From the human T2T-CHM13v2.0 reference genome, Homo sapiens: a DNA stretch of 64,000 bases. The stretch is taken from the NCBI RefSeq assembly GCF_009914755.1, contig NC_060935.1; one strand, written 5' to 3'. The first letter of the stretch is position 1. The number at the start of each line of letters is the position of its first letter. Of the stretch, positions 1-12,961 are shown piece by piece. Both the position numbers and the translations under genes were made by a program. The notes beneath the pieces were generated by a model. It had not been told where the DNA came from. It saw nothing but the letters and a program-made list of their open reading frames with translations, and did no database searches.

Positions 1-272
1 CTTGAAGTGATCCCATTTGTCCAATATTGCTTTGATTCCCTTTTATTTTGAGGTCTTACTCAAGAAATATTTGCCGAGACCGATGTCCTGCATCATTTCC
101 TCAATGTTTTCTTCTAGTATTTCTAAAGTTTCAGTTCTTGCATTTGAGTTTTTAATTCATTTTTATTTAATTTATATAAATCTTGAGAGAAAGGGGTCTA
201 GTTTAATTCTTGTACACATGAATATTGTTTTCAGAGCACCACTTGTTGAAGAGACTTTCCTTTCTCCAATGT
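1..272 (-). mobile_element. L1MA ORF2 3' region; inverted segment of a twin-primed L1, running off the left edge of the window
   Basis: The reverse complement reads as L1 ORF2 (…ACATTGGAGAAAGGAAAGTCTCTTCAACAAGTGGTG…) and abuts a + strand L1 segment at about 270. Confidence 0.85.
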
Positions 273-975
273 GGAGATTGGTCAAAAAACTACAAATAGA
301 ATTACCTTGTGATCCAGCAATTCCACTACTGGGTATGTATTCAAAAGAAAGGAATAAATATATCAAACAAATATCTGAATTCCCATACATATCACAGCAC
401 TGTTCACAATAACCAAGATATGGAATCAACCCAGTTGTCCATCAGTGGATAAATGATTAAAGAAAAGGTAGCATATATACTCAATAGACTTTTACTCCAC
501 TATAAAAATAATGAAATCCTGTCATTTGTGACAATATGGATGGAACCGGAGCCCATTATGGCCCATTATGTTAAGTAAGCCAGGCACCAAAAGACAAATG
601 TCACATATTCTGACTCGTATGTGATAGCGAAAACACTTGATCTCATGGAGGTATTGAATAGAATGGTGGTTACTAGAGGCTTGGAAGAGTAGTGTGGAAG
701 GGGAATAGATGGCTGTGGTTAGTTGATAAAAAAATACAGTCAGAGAGAAGGAATAAAGATCAACTGTTTGGTAATACAATAGGGTGAGTATAATAAAAAA
801 TAATTTAATGTATATTTCAAAATAGATTTGGAATATTCCCAACACAGAGAAATGATAAATGTGTGAAATGATAGATATCCTATTTACCAAGATTTGATCA
901 TTATGTATTGTAAGCTTCTATTAAAATATCACATGTACCCCTTAAATATGTACAAATATTATATATCAAATTGAT
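273..975 (+). mobile_element. L1MA (approximately L1MA3-5) ORF2 end and 3'UTR
   Basis: Contains the ORF2 C-terminal peptide IELPCDPAIPLLG and L1MA 3'UTR motifs (GAATGGTGGTTACTAGAGGC, ATCACATGTACCCC). Confidence 0.88.
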
Positions 976-1836
976 TTAAAACATTAAAGTGAAAAAAGGG
1001 CTCTGAGCTCATCACAAAAGGGAAACTAAAGCAGTCACATGACATTTACTTATAGACATAAGAAGGGAGACTGATTTCTTAAGGTGAGGGACTAAAAACT
1101 TTACTGGTGTAAAATACTAGGTGTATTTTATACAAATAAATGTTGTGTAGTGGATATAATTGCTGTGGCTTTATTTAAACCAAAACAGGGCTTAGATTAA
1201 TTTGATTGGTGGAAGGCTGGTATGGTTGTTGGACAAACTTTCACTAATACACCTTCCCTTGGTTATTTGTTAGCACATTTTCTAATTCTTCTCTTGAACA
1301 AGCAAGGGTGGGGACAGCTCTTTGAAGCCAGGCTTGTAAGGTCTCTAGAGATATTACTCAAATAATGGTTCTATAGCAAAAGAAGCAACAAAGACTGCAC
1401 CCACGAACAAAAGCCATCTTGAGAATTAGAGAAAATATGGAAACTAAAAGTTGAACCTAATCTTTATAGAGAAGTAAATAATAATTGAGTGATTAACAAC
1501 AACAACAACAAAAAGGGACTGTAATACACAGCAAAATAGGCTTAGGAACTTGAAAAAGAGTTGTGGCCCAGAGTTTTTCTGAAATGCTGGTATACAGAGT
1601 TTTATGGAAACAGTTCTGTTTTAAGGATGTATTCTGCTTCACCCTTGGTAGTAAATGATATGACAAACTTATAAAAGCTATTAAACTATTTGGAGATGAA
1701 TAGTGCATGGGGCCAAGATGCTAAAAATAATTTGTGTGCCTCTAGCTTGGTATTACCTATAGAAGTGAGGGATTCTTGCTAATTCACAGAAATAGATTCA
1801 GAGAATGGGAAATTTAAAACATTTCCTTCTCTGTAA

Positions 1837-2306
<470 letters not shown>

Positions 2307-2707
2307 TCATATATTTTTGATCTACCTATGCTAGATATGGTTTTACATTGGCTAATGACACACTTTGACAGTAAGCCACTGTAATTCAAACCGCTTTTTC
2401 ATGTACATTAAACTTGCAATAAACTTTTTGTCTATCTGCCATCAGTACTAACTGAAAAAAATGAGATGCCATTGAATATTACTGGGATTTTTAATTGAAT
2501 ACATATTCAATCTATATCTGTAGCTGGGACTCTACACTTAGCTGATTTGAATATGTTAAGGGACCAAACATTATTAGTCAAATCAATAAGACTGAAGTAT
2601 GTACATACACACCAACGACTGATAATTTTTGTCCATGCATTTATTCTCCACTTTCATCTACATTTAAGAATGCTTGTAAATGTAAATATATTATAAAATA
2701 ATAATCT

Positions 2708-3365
2708 TATTTATTGCAGCATTATTCACAAGAGCCAAGACATGGAATCAACTTAGTTGTCCAGTTAATGGATGAATGAATAAAGAAAATGTGGTACATA
2801 TACACATAAAATATTATTCAGCTGTAAAATGGGTGAAATCTTGTTATTTGCAACAACATGGATGGAACTGCAGGACATTATGTTAAGTGAAATATGTTAC
2901 GTCAAGTTCATTGTGTTACGTGAAATAAGCCTGGCACAAAAAGATAAATATCACATATTCTCATTCATATGTGTGAGCTTAAAAAAAAAATGAACTCATG
3001 GATATAGAGGATATAATGATGGCTACCAGAGGCTGTGAAGGGTAGTGGGGAGTTGTGGGAATAAAGAGCTGACGGTTAACAGATACAAAAATACAGCTAG
3101 ATAGAATGAATAAAATCTATTATTCAATAGCATAATAGGATGACTATGGTTAACAATAATGTATATTAAAAAATAACTATTATAAAAGGACAGAATTAGA
3201 ATGTTCAAAACACACAAAAATGATAAGTTTGAGATGATGGGTACCACAATTTTCCTGATTTGATCATTACACATTGTATGTCTGTAAAAAAAATCACATG
3301 TACCCCATAATTATCTACATTATTAAGAATCCATCATAAATTACAAATTTAAAAATAAAAAAAGA
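2708..3365 (+). mobile_element. L1MA 3' end, 5'-truncated, with A-rich tail
   Basis: TTATTGCAGCATTATTCACAAGAGCCAAG…AAGAAAATGTGGTACATATACAC…ATCACATGTACCCCATAA, then an A-rich tail. Confidence 0.88.
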
Positions 3366-3849
3366 ACTAAAAAGATGAAATTCTTCTGGTTGAAATAAGT
3401 CACAAAGACTGAATGGGATGGGTGATTAAATTTAAGACCTCTTCTAATATAAATATGATTTCATCGAGGGTGGTAACTGCAATAGGTGAAGTAGGGAAGC
3501 TTTCCCCTTACGGAAGGAGATATAAAGAAACATGCCTGTTAAGAACTTGACTAGGGTAGAGAAGATTGAAAAATCCTCCCAAGAATCTTTAAAAATTAAC
3601 TCACCTCCAAACGTTTTTGAAATGTATAATTCCTGTTAAACCTAGAAGAATATAAATAAACAGTTCAGTTTAAAGACATACCAGCATGGTAATGTCTCAT
3701 GTATCTAGGGAGGGCAAATACAAATCTTCCGTGGAGCAATATACATTAAACTTGGGACTCAAATTTTCTGAAACACAAATTCCTATCATATTAGTTTAAA
3801 TTAAAACCACAAAGCAAAATAGCCATAAATAGCATGAGTGGAAAAAACA

Positions 3850-5580
3850 AGCTATTGTTGCTGCCAATAATTAGTGCATGTAGGATTTGAAATAAATGTA
3901 TTAAAGATTTAAAGAAATAAAAGATAGTAAAAGTAATAAGATATTTTCAAAAATGAAAAAGTATACTAAAAAGTTTAATAGGACTTAAGAGACATAGAGA
4001 ATAACATAAGAACATTTAGTGTATAACATACTGAAATTTTAGAAAGACTAAGTAGTGATTGATATTGTGGCCCAAAAATATCTAGAAAGTTATTCATTGA
4101 AAATATTTTATATTATATGAGATCATAATTATTGAATCCAGTAAGACAAGGAATTCTAAGAAGAATAAATTATAATATATCAATGTCTAAGCACATTATA
4201 GAAATGACTTCACAGCACCATAGGCAAAATAAAAAAGATGTAAAACAGCCAGAGTGTCCAATCACTTACAAAGCAAATAAAAATAGTTTGACAGATAAAA
4301 ATGTCAGATTTCCCGATGACTAGACCACTGCAACCTAGAAGATCATGGAAGAAAATCTTCGTTATACCAAAATAAAATAAATTCTCAACTTAGAAATCTA
4401 TATTCAGTAATACTACCAAATTAAAGACTTGCTAGCAAAAATTAAATATAATAAAAAATTACTATTAACAGATTTTTGCTCTTTTTACTTTTCACTAAAG
4501 GTACTTCTGAGACATATTTCCTGGTAGCAAGAAATACATCTTCAGAGGAATGTCGAACAAGAAGAAAAGTAAACATTGAGAAGAACATGATCAACATGTA
4601 AATAAAAAGCTAAATACTATTGAGAGTTTAAGAATAAAAGTAATGTCTTAGTTGTTCAGTAAAAGAAAAATCATATTAGAACTAAAATACAGGTCATGTA
4701 GGTTAGCAGAAGTGACAAATTGTGATGAAAAGACTAGAAGTATTGAGTAAGTTTAGGCTTCAATAAATTAAATATGCATGTTAAAATATTAAAGTACCTG
4801 TAATTATTTGACTAGGTTACGTAATTTATAGATTGGTAGAAGAGAAACATGCAATTAAAAAACACAAACAAGCAAAAAAGCCCCACGAAATTTAACTAAA
4901 ACAAAACAAAATAATGGGAGTTGGGTAGGTGGAGGCTGGAGCTTGAGTAGTAAATGAAAAAGGGAGAATAAAAAATAACATCAAATAGAATGTTCAAAAT
5001 GAGTCAAAATATAAAATTATTCTAGCAAACTCTTCAGTGAAGAGGTAAATATACTATTTGTGTCTGTGTATGTGTGTGTGTTGCAAATTTGTATTTGTTT
5101 TTCTTAAATGCAATTCTGGTATTTAAAAGAGATACCTAAAAACATTAGGTCACAAAAGTTTGAAAGAAAAAGACAGGAAAAATATAATCAAAATAAACCT
5201 GGTGAACCTGTATTATTATCAAATAAAATGGACTTTGATACAGAAAAAAATAAGAGGTATATATTTATGAGAGTTTTAATTTACCTGACAAAGGTAAACT
5301 CAAGTGAACTAATCATATAATTAAAACATATAGATGAAACTGACCAAAAAACCAGGTTAAAAGAGTAACTCTATTATCATAATGGGACAATAAAGCATAT
5401 TTCAAAAATCAATCCTTGAATAATAAATCTCAAAAAAGGAATCTTTTTTTTTAAAAAAAGAAATGTATTTGTTTTAAAATATATAATTAACAAACTTGAC
5501 ATACTAGAATTATATAGAGAGCTATGCTCAACAACTGAGGAACATACATATCTTTTCAAGTACACACAAAACATTCATAA
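3850..5580 (+). mobile_element. Highly degraded ancient L1M: ORF1 remnant to ORF2 endonuclease region
   Basis: A-rich L1-like text, including EN-region remnants such as AACAACTGAGGAACATACATATCTTTTCAAGTACAC. Confidence 0.55.
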
Positions 5581-5984
5581 AACAGCAGTGTTGCCTGTGT
5601 TCCTCCACCAAATCATATGGAATATTTTGTTTGCAGAGTTATTGAACATTGTTGCTCACAGCTTTTCACTCTGCCTATCAACACTTTAGGGAAGTACTTC
5701 TTAAAAGGTCATCTTCATAAATATCTTTTCTACTTAGAGATTCCTCTTGGCATCTTTCAAAAAGCTTCCATCCTTGTCTTCATATAAACTGCCACTACTA
5801 CTATTATCATTATCTCTATTATTTTATTTTAAAGTAACATTTTTAAATAACTGAAGTATTCCAGGCATTAAATGAAATCATGGAGGCAAAATATGAATAG
5901 ATGTAACGTGTGTTACCAAAGATGTGTTATCAAAGAGTAATTGAGCACCTGTGACATTTACTGGTTTCATTCAGCCATGACAGC

Positions 5985-6115
5985 AGTTCTTTGAGGTACG
6001 CATTATTCTCATATCTCATTTTAAGGAATAGGAAAACAAGGCTCAAAGAGATTAAGCCGTTTTTCCATGTCACACTGGTAAAAGGAGCAAGAGCTGCAAT
6101 TCAAATCCCAGTGTC
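5985..6115 (-). mobile_element. MIR
   Basis: CTCATTTTAAGGAATAGGAAAACAAGGCTCAAAGAGATTAAG…GTCACAC resembles the MIR core. Confidence 0.65.
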
Positions 6116-6199
6116 TCATATATATGTATATTCATATATATATTTATATATATACTATATATATAAAAGCTTGTGTTTTGGAATTCTACTATGCTTTCC

Positions 6200-6560
6200 T
6201 TTTATATGTCAAGCATTATGCTAGAGGCTTTCAGCAGTCGTAGAGTGTTTAATGGTTCTAAAACTTGAAGCGAAATAATATATCTGGGCAATAAAGGAGG
6301 AAAGGGGCATTGCAAGCACAAGAAAAAAAATTCTATAAAAATATACGCAGTTATGATATGGACAGATATACCGGCCCAGGCAAATATTAATTGTTCATAG
6401 TGACTGAAATAGAGGGTCAAATTGGACTTGTGGCTGGAGAGGAGGGAGGGACAAATTACAGTGTAGAATGTGATTTTTATTCTAAACTGAAAAACCTATT
6501 GAATGTTCTTAAGTGAGAAGCATGATCCAGTTTGTATTCAGGAAACTTTATCTGACCTTC
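6200..6560 (-). mobile_element. L2 fragment
   Basis: TATGTCAAGCATTATGCTAG and TTAAGTGAGAAGCATGATCCAGTTTGTATT resemble L2 antisense. Confidence 0.45.
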
Positions 6561-7009
6561 CTAGTAACAATGATACTGGAAAGAAAGTTTAGTGGTTCAG
6601 TCTTTGAATCTGAAACTAAACAAAATTGTATAACCCTATCAAGTGGCTCCGGTGCTGTCAGCATCAGTTAATTTTCCAGTGGAAAAATAAATGTTAATAA
6701 AACTTGACTTTTTATCTTTCAGCAATACCTTGTTTGAAATTTGAGAAACGTGTCATTTTCTAAAACTTAAATGATTTTTAACAATATATGTTTGCTTTAG
6801 GCATTTCATCATTAGTCAGTGTTCTTGACTTTGAACAGAAATATATTACCAGAATGACCTATAGCACTTATTTTACAATTACTTCTAGTGCCACTATAAA
6901 TTAATAGAATATTGATGCCTGCAGCATGGATTCTATATTCAGAAGAGCAAATGGAAGACACTGTATGACTTCTCTGAGGACAAGGTTTACCAAAGTTTAC
7001 TCTGTGTTA

Positions 7010-7305
7010 TGTGAGATATTAGTAGTTTTTATGTAAATGTATCAAATAATATCTCAATACTTTAATATGCCTTATAGTCCTCATAAATAATTGTATGTGC
7101 TATACTTGTATATGACTAGCAGTGTGGTAGGTTTATGTACACCAGCATCACTCCAAAACATGAGTGATGTGTTGCGCTGTGATGTTACAGTAGCTACAAC
7201 ATTACTAGGCCATAGGAATTTTTGTGCTCCATTATAAGCTTTTGTGACCACTGTCATATATGCAATCCATCATCAACTGAAATATGGTTATATAGTGCCT
7301 GACTG
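7010..7305. mobile_element. Tigger3 (GOLEM) family fragment retaining one terminus
   Basis: ACACCAGCATCAC…CTAGGCCATAGGAATTTTT…CTCCATTATAA. It ends GACTG followed by TA. Confidence 0.8.
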
Positions 7306-7599
7306 TAATTATGGGCTATCTCAAAAATCAAGAGAAACTTAAAGTCTTAAATAATTATAAGGGAAATGTAAAAACTTGGTAAGAGGTCCAATAGGACAAA
7401 TCAATAAACACATTTTTTAAAATCTCAGGAAAAGAAAGCCTTATGTTGATATTGTATATTACTATAATCCTGAATTATTAGAGACAGTCTTTCTCTTACT
7501 ATTTTCACGTGCATGTGACTATGTGACTGTGTCTATGTGAGTGTGTTTGCCTTGACAACAAACTTTAATATGAAATTTTATTATCTCTGCTGTGTCTAT

Positions 7600-8040
7600 C
7601 TCTTGCAATGTCTCCTGGATTTGTTTCTGACATTATCGCAGCATTTCTTCAAACATTGTTTTCAGTGTGGGCAATTGAGTGGTAAATACTTCTTATGACT
7701 TCTTCTTAAGAGAATAACTTTATTATGTCTTAAAATTTGATTGGAAATCAGATTTTACACAAATTACACAACACGTATCATTTTCATTCAATAACTACGA
7801 AATATATATTATCTTCCTGTCTTTTTATATCTAACATTGCTTTTGAAGAGCTAATGTCTCCAACTTCTGGCCTCAAGTGATCCTCCTGCCTTTTCCTCCC
7901 AAAGTGCTGGGATTATAGGCATGAGCCACTGTGCCTGGCAATAGAGAGGCTAATGTCCATATCAAACTCAATAAAATTTTTTTAGTAATTTTTTCTTCTT
8001 TTCTGAAAGCTTTTAGAATACTATCTTTGTCTTTGATGCT
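7600..8040 (-). mobile_element. Ancient L1M ORF1 remnant, interrupted by an Alu fragment
   Basis: CATTGCTTTTGAAGAG…GCTTTTAGAATACTATCTTTGTCTTTGATG resembles L1 ORF1 antisense. Confidence 0.45.
7856..7940 (-). mobile_element. Alu/FLAM 5' fragment of about 85 bp, with no tail
   Basis: CTCAAGTGATCCTCCTGCC…CCCAAAGTGCTGGGATTATAGGCATGAGCCACTGTGCCTGGC. Confidence 0.9.
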
Positions 8041-9099
8041 CATTATCATTATATTATCACTGTAATTATCACTATATTGTGATAATTATATGTGATTTGA
8101 AGATTAACAAAGAGAAGCAAGGGAACCGGAACCCAGGTGCCTTGCCTCCTGGTTCTGTGCCTTTCTACCTCCCTAGAGACACTGGCTTTAGCCCTCTAAA
8201 TTTTGGTCATAATATTAGTATTATTCTATCATATGAGAAAAAATAATTTTCTCCCCAGTGGTTCCCAAATACAAACATTTTTCGTATTATCAGCTGCCCA
8301 ACACCATAGAAATGAAATCCACAGCCAATGTGTATAATTGGCTTTATATTACCTTTTAAAATGCATATAAGCAAGCAAAGAATCTTCTCAAAAACTGAGG
8401 CTATCTTCACTGCTCAGCCCTGTTTATCATAATGACAGGTTGTAAGATATTTTAAGGGAGGTAATAATGGATTGAAAACAAGTCTGCAAACCATAACTTT
8501 CATGATAATAAATTAAGAAGCCGTAACTGCCAAGCTATGAAACCTAACTGAGGGGCAGGTAGCCCTGGAACAAAGAAAATCACAACAACTCTTAGAAACC
8601 ATTAAAACTGATGTGATAATACATCTGTCCCTTAAAACCCAGGAAGTTGGTAACACTGTATTCCAACAGGCCAACTTTGTGAAAGTGTCTGTTAATGATA
8701 TTTAAAATAAACACTGGGAGGAAAAGTAACACGTTTCTCTGCTACACTTAGGAGAATAGACAAACTGAGTTAGACTTTATCAAACACCATTAATGAATAG
8801 TGTGCATTTCATATATCATAACACTGTGTTAGGGTATATCTGAAGAACTTACATGTCTGCTAGAAATCAAAGAGGTAGAATTTCTTTTACGATGGAAAGG
8901 AGCCCAACACCTGTGTCTTCATTTCTCTGTGTCTGTGGGTTGATTTATTGGCGAGGGTGGCAGGGGAAGGAGGAAAGAGTACCTGGGCTAGAATGTCAGA
9001 TTGATTTCTTTCTTTGAAGGTCAGAGATGGATGAGCAAGATCAAATATAGAGATTTTAATTATTTTTTGTGGCATACATGATGGAAAATAAAAAGCACA

Positions 9100-9298
9100 C
9101 ATCTTAGGTGGGAATTTCCATGAGTTTTGGCAATTGTAATATGCCTCTATAACAATCACCCACAGAAGATATAGAACATTTACATCACCACAAAATAATT
9201 GCTTGTTCTCTTTCAGTCAATTCTCTCCCACAGGCAGACTTGTTCAATTTATATCAGATAGATTAGTTTTTTCATCTGCAAGCAAATAGAATCATTCA
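9100..9298 (-). mobile_element. L1ME-type 3'UTR fragment
   Basis: AGATATAGAACATTTACATCACCACAAAA…GATTAGTTTT…AATAGAATCAT. Confidence 0.6.
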
Positions 9299-11600
9299 GA
9301 CTTCTGCTTCTAGCAAGATGAATTAACTGTGATTGGACCTACCCTCCTATTTAAAACAACTAAAAACATTAGATGAAATATATTTAAAAACAGTTGTATG
9401 TCATTGGACATCAGACAACGAAGATCAGTGACCCTCGTGTTGAGATTTCTATTGTAATTTGGTCTTGATGTCTCTCTCTTGAAAATGTCAATAAACCAGA
9501 CACCCACTCTCTAGGAGAGCCCCGATCGGTGGGAAAATTAGGTTCAGGTAGACGTATTAGGGAGTGAAAGCAAAACGTATAACATAGAAGAAATGTGTTA
9601 CTTACAGGTCCAGAGAAGTTAGGGGTGCCAATAGGAGGCCAAGGAGAAGTTTGGAGGAGTAAGGGAACTCAACCAGCAGGTAGGGAGTGATAGAGAAAGG
9701 AAACCTTTGGGATTATGTCTTTATTAAGGTTTATGGTATTTTCCTTTAGGCTTTTCCTTAGGGGTTGTGAATTGCCTATTTTAAAGAAAATGCACATGAA
9801 GCTGGGAATTTGTTTGCATGACTATGATGTTTAACATTAGGCTTTATTACAGTTGGCAGCTGTGCAATACGTTGGGTTTTGGTTCAGTGAGATGAAGAAC
9901 AAGCAGGCTATATGGCAAACAGCCATATTAGGGAGGGGGGTTTTAACTAAGCCAAAGATGGTGGGTTTCATGTATTATGCCTAGAAACAGCTGCCTAGGC
10001 AGCAATTATATTAAACAAATTTATGACATCTGATAAAGAGAAAACAAACAAGGTGAATCTTATGATTGCCCCAGCTTATTTTCAGGTAGCAGCATAGATT
10101 TTGAGAATTCTGGCAGAGCTAGAAAGATTCAATGAATAAAGGATAAAGTCATGAGTCCAGAGAGAACAAATTGGCTAGAGTTTGCACAGCAAAGCACCAG
10201 AAAGAAAAGAGCCGCTCAGAGACAGGATTCAGATCTACACAGGCCTCCTCTAAGCATTCAGCAGAGTAGTAATCAGAGGATTTGTGTAAGAGAAAAATGT
10301 GCAACAGAAAGTAAGCAATCACTATGAATAAATTATAAGAAAGAGTACCCAGCACTCTCACAGAACCAAACGTAGTATCAGGCATTAGCCAGAGTAGAAA
10401 ATCACATAGTTTATAGGGCATTGGATAGAGTATTCAAAAATGTTTGCCTCACTAGTAGAGGATAATTATCCCTAGATTAATGATTGCCTTTGTCCCATAT
10501 AACATGTTTTAAAAGCAATACCTGACAAGATTAAATTATTTCCAAGTAACTTAATGGCATCCTAGAAAAAAATAAAAGATATCTATATATTTATAGCAAC
10601 AGAAAAATATCAAGTAGTTAATAATGTAAATTCCACAATATTTGGCATCCAATAAAATAGCTCATCAGGCATGCAAAAACACGAAGGAATATGATCCAAA
10701 ATTAAGAGAAATATCAATCAATCTAAATCTACCAATAACTAATACAGATGTTTGATGTTTTAGATAAGATTATTAAAGCAGTAATTTATAATTGCACTTA
10801 ATATGTTTAAAATGTTAGAAAAATATTAAACATTTAGAGCATAAAATATATAAAACCTGGGAATGAAAAGTATAATGCCTAGGCAGAAAAATATCCTGGT
10901 TTGGATTAGTGGGGCAGATTAAACACTGCAGAATAAAACATTATCAAATTTGAGGACATAATAGTAGAAATTATCCAAACTGAAACAGGTAGGTTTTTTA
11001 AAAACTGAAAAAAAAAATCAGTGAGAAGTTGCCTAAGATATATGTAATTGATGTCATTAACAGAGGACAGGGAAGGAAAATTATTTGAAAAAATAGTGGC
11101 CTGTCCCCTCAGGTTTTCAAATATAATAAAAACTATAAATTACAGATCAGAAGAGTTTATATAAATTCACACAGAAAAAAAATGAAGAAAATTACACCAA
11201 GGCATATTATAACCAAATAAAATTTGTTCCAAATAGAAGGTAAAGATAAAACGTTAAAAGTAGAAATAAAAGAAAGATTCATTACATACAGAGGAACAAA
11301 GAAATAAATAGCACATTCTTGTCAGAAACAATGCAAGAGACAATACAGAAAACATATATTTTATATATTAAAAAGATAAAATGTCAAATTTGAATTCTAT
11401 ATTCACAAAAATAAAAACAAAGGTGACATAATGACTTTTTTGGACATACAAATCCTGAAGACATTTATCACCAACGGTTTCTCACAACAAGAAATATTAA
11501 ATAAACTTCATCAGTGAGAAGGAAAATGATACAAGAATTGTGAATGTACCCAAATAAATGAAGAGCACCAAAAAAAGTTAACCACTTAGGTGAATCCATA
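9299..11600 (+). mobile_element. L1MC/L1MD-type 5'UTR and degraded ORF1, split by an LTR at 9438-10028
   Basis: Starts GACTTCTGCTTCTAGCAAGATG and carries ORF1 remnants (ATTACACCAAGGCATATTATAACCAAA, CAGAAACAATGCAAG). It is visibly homologous to 55700-56800. Confidence 0.7.
9438..10028 (-). mobile_element. ERVL solo LTR (MER54/MER73/MER74 group)
   Basis: TG…CA ends. Shares CTCTAGGAGAGCCC and CAACCAGCAGGT with 14437-14945. The host L1 continues on both sides. Confidence 0.7.
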
Positions 11601-11639
11601 AGAGTTTTTCCCTACACTTTCATAAGACTAACTCAAAAG

Positions 11640-12960
11640 GGCATGGCATAATTTTTGTTATTATTGCCAAAAATGTATAAACTCAGTCGAATCATGAGAA
11701 TACGAAAGATTGAGGAACATTTAACAAAATAATTGACCAATATTCTTCAAGAGTTTTAGATCACAAAAACAGGAAAGAATGAAGATCTTGCATTTTGACT
11801 CAGTCTGATGATTTTTGCATTTGTTAGAAGTTCAGTTGATTTATAATTAGTGTAATTATTGACATGGTTAAGTCTCTCATATTGGGGATTGTTTTCTATT
11901 CATCCTATGGGATCATATTTTTTTCTTTTTCTCCTTTGCTCTTTTCTACTAGGTAAATCTCATAGTTTTTACTTTTCTATTGTATCTTCCGTATTTTAAC
12001 TCTACTGTTGTGTATGTGTACTTGTGTATGCCTGTATGTGCATATATTTGCTTGTGTGTTGCTTTTTAGAATACAATGTGAATCTTCATTATCACTGCCT
12101 ACTTTCAAGTTATACGCTATTTAACAAAGAACAGAACAATTTTAAAACAATACAATTCCACTTATCAACCAATCCCCATACTTTATGTTCTTTCTGCCTT
12201 ATAGGATTTTTCTACAAAGGTTATCTCCAAAATACAGTGTTATTAATTTGCATAAGCAGTCCAATATTTTTACAGTCAAATCTTATAAGATAATGACACA
12301 AACTAAAGATAGATATGAAATTTAAATAAGAGGTCTCTTACATTTACCCATATAATTACCATTTATAGATATCTTCCCCTTTGCACATCTGAGATTCAAA
12401 CTGGCATCATTTCTTTTTGCCTATAAAACTTCTATGAGGACTTAGAATTTATTTTTCCTGGAAATAAATTATCTCAACTTAAAAAAAATCTGCTAATGCC
12501 TTTGTTTCACTTTAATTATAAAACAAATTGGAATAATTTCAAACTTAAAGTGTTTACAAATAATTAAAAAAATAAAAATTGTACAAAATAATATGTATAC
12601 CCTTTGCACATACTCTCCCTTTTTAACATTTTACCCCATTTGCCATGTCATTTACTATCTGTCTGTTTATCTATCAGTCATCTATCATTTTTAATCAACT
12701 ATAAATAAATAAATATTGTTTTATATAACCACAGGACAGTTGTCAATTGTAGTGAATCTAACTTTGATTAAATACCTTTATGTAAAGTACCATTTGCATT
12801 CTAATTTTGTTAATTGACGCAATAATCTTCTTTATGATATTACCCCCTTCTAGTACAGGCTATAGTATAGGGTGAGTTACTGAATTTAATCAAAATGTAT
12901 CTTCAGACTCCATAAATCTGGAATATTTACACAATCTTTCTTCATCTTTTATAATATTGA
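11640..12960. mobile_element. Mixed ancient L1 fragments: + L1MC 3'UTR about 11640-11785, - L1M about 11790-12510, - L1MC4-like about 12520-12960
   Basis: Recognisable but degraded L1M/L1MC motifs. Confidence 0.5.
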
Positions 12961-12961
12961 C

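Noticed and set aside
9500-9730. Paired LTRs of one provirus with 14437-14945
   Set aside because: The LTRs are too divergent from each other, and the interval holds L1, MLT1 and Tigger rather than ERV internal sequence.
9299-11600. Segmental duplication with 55700-56800
   Set aside because: Similarity is low and limited to L1 sequence, so these are independent copies of related subfamilies.
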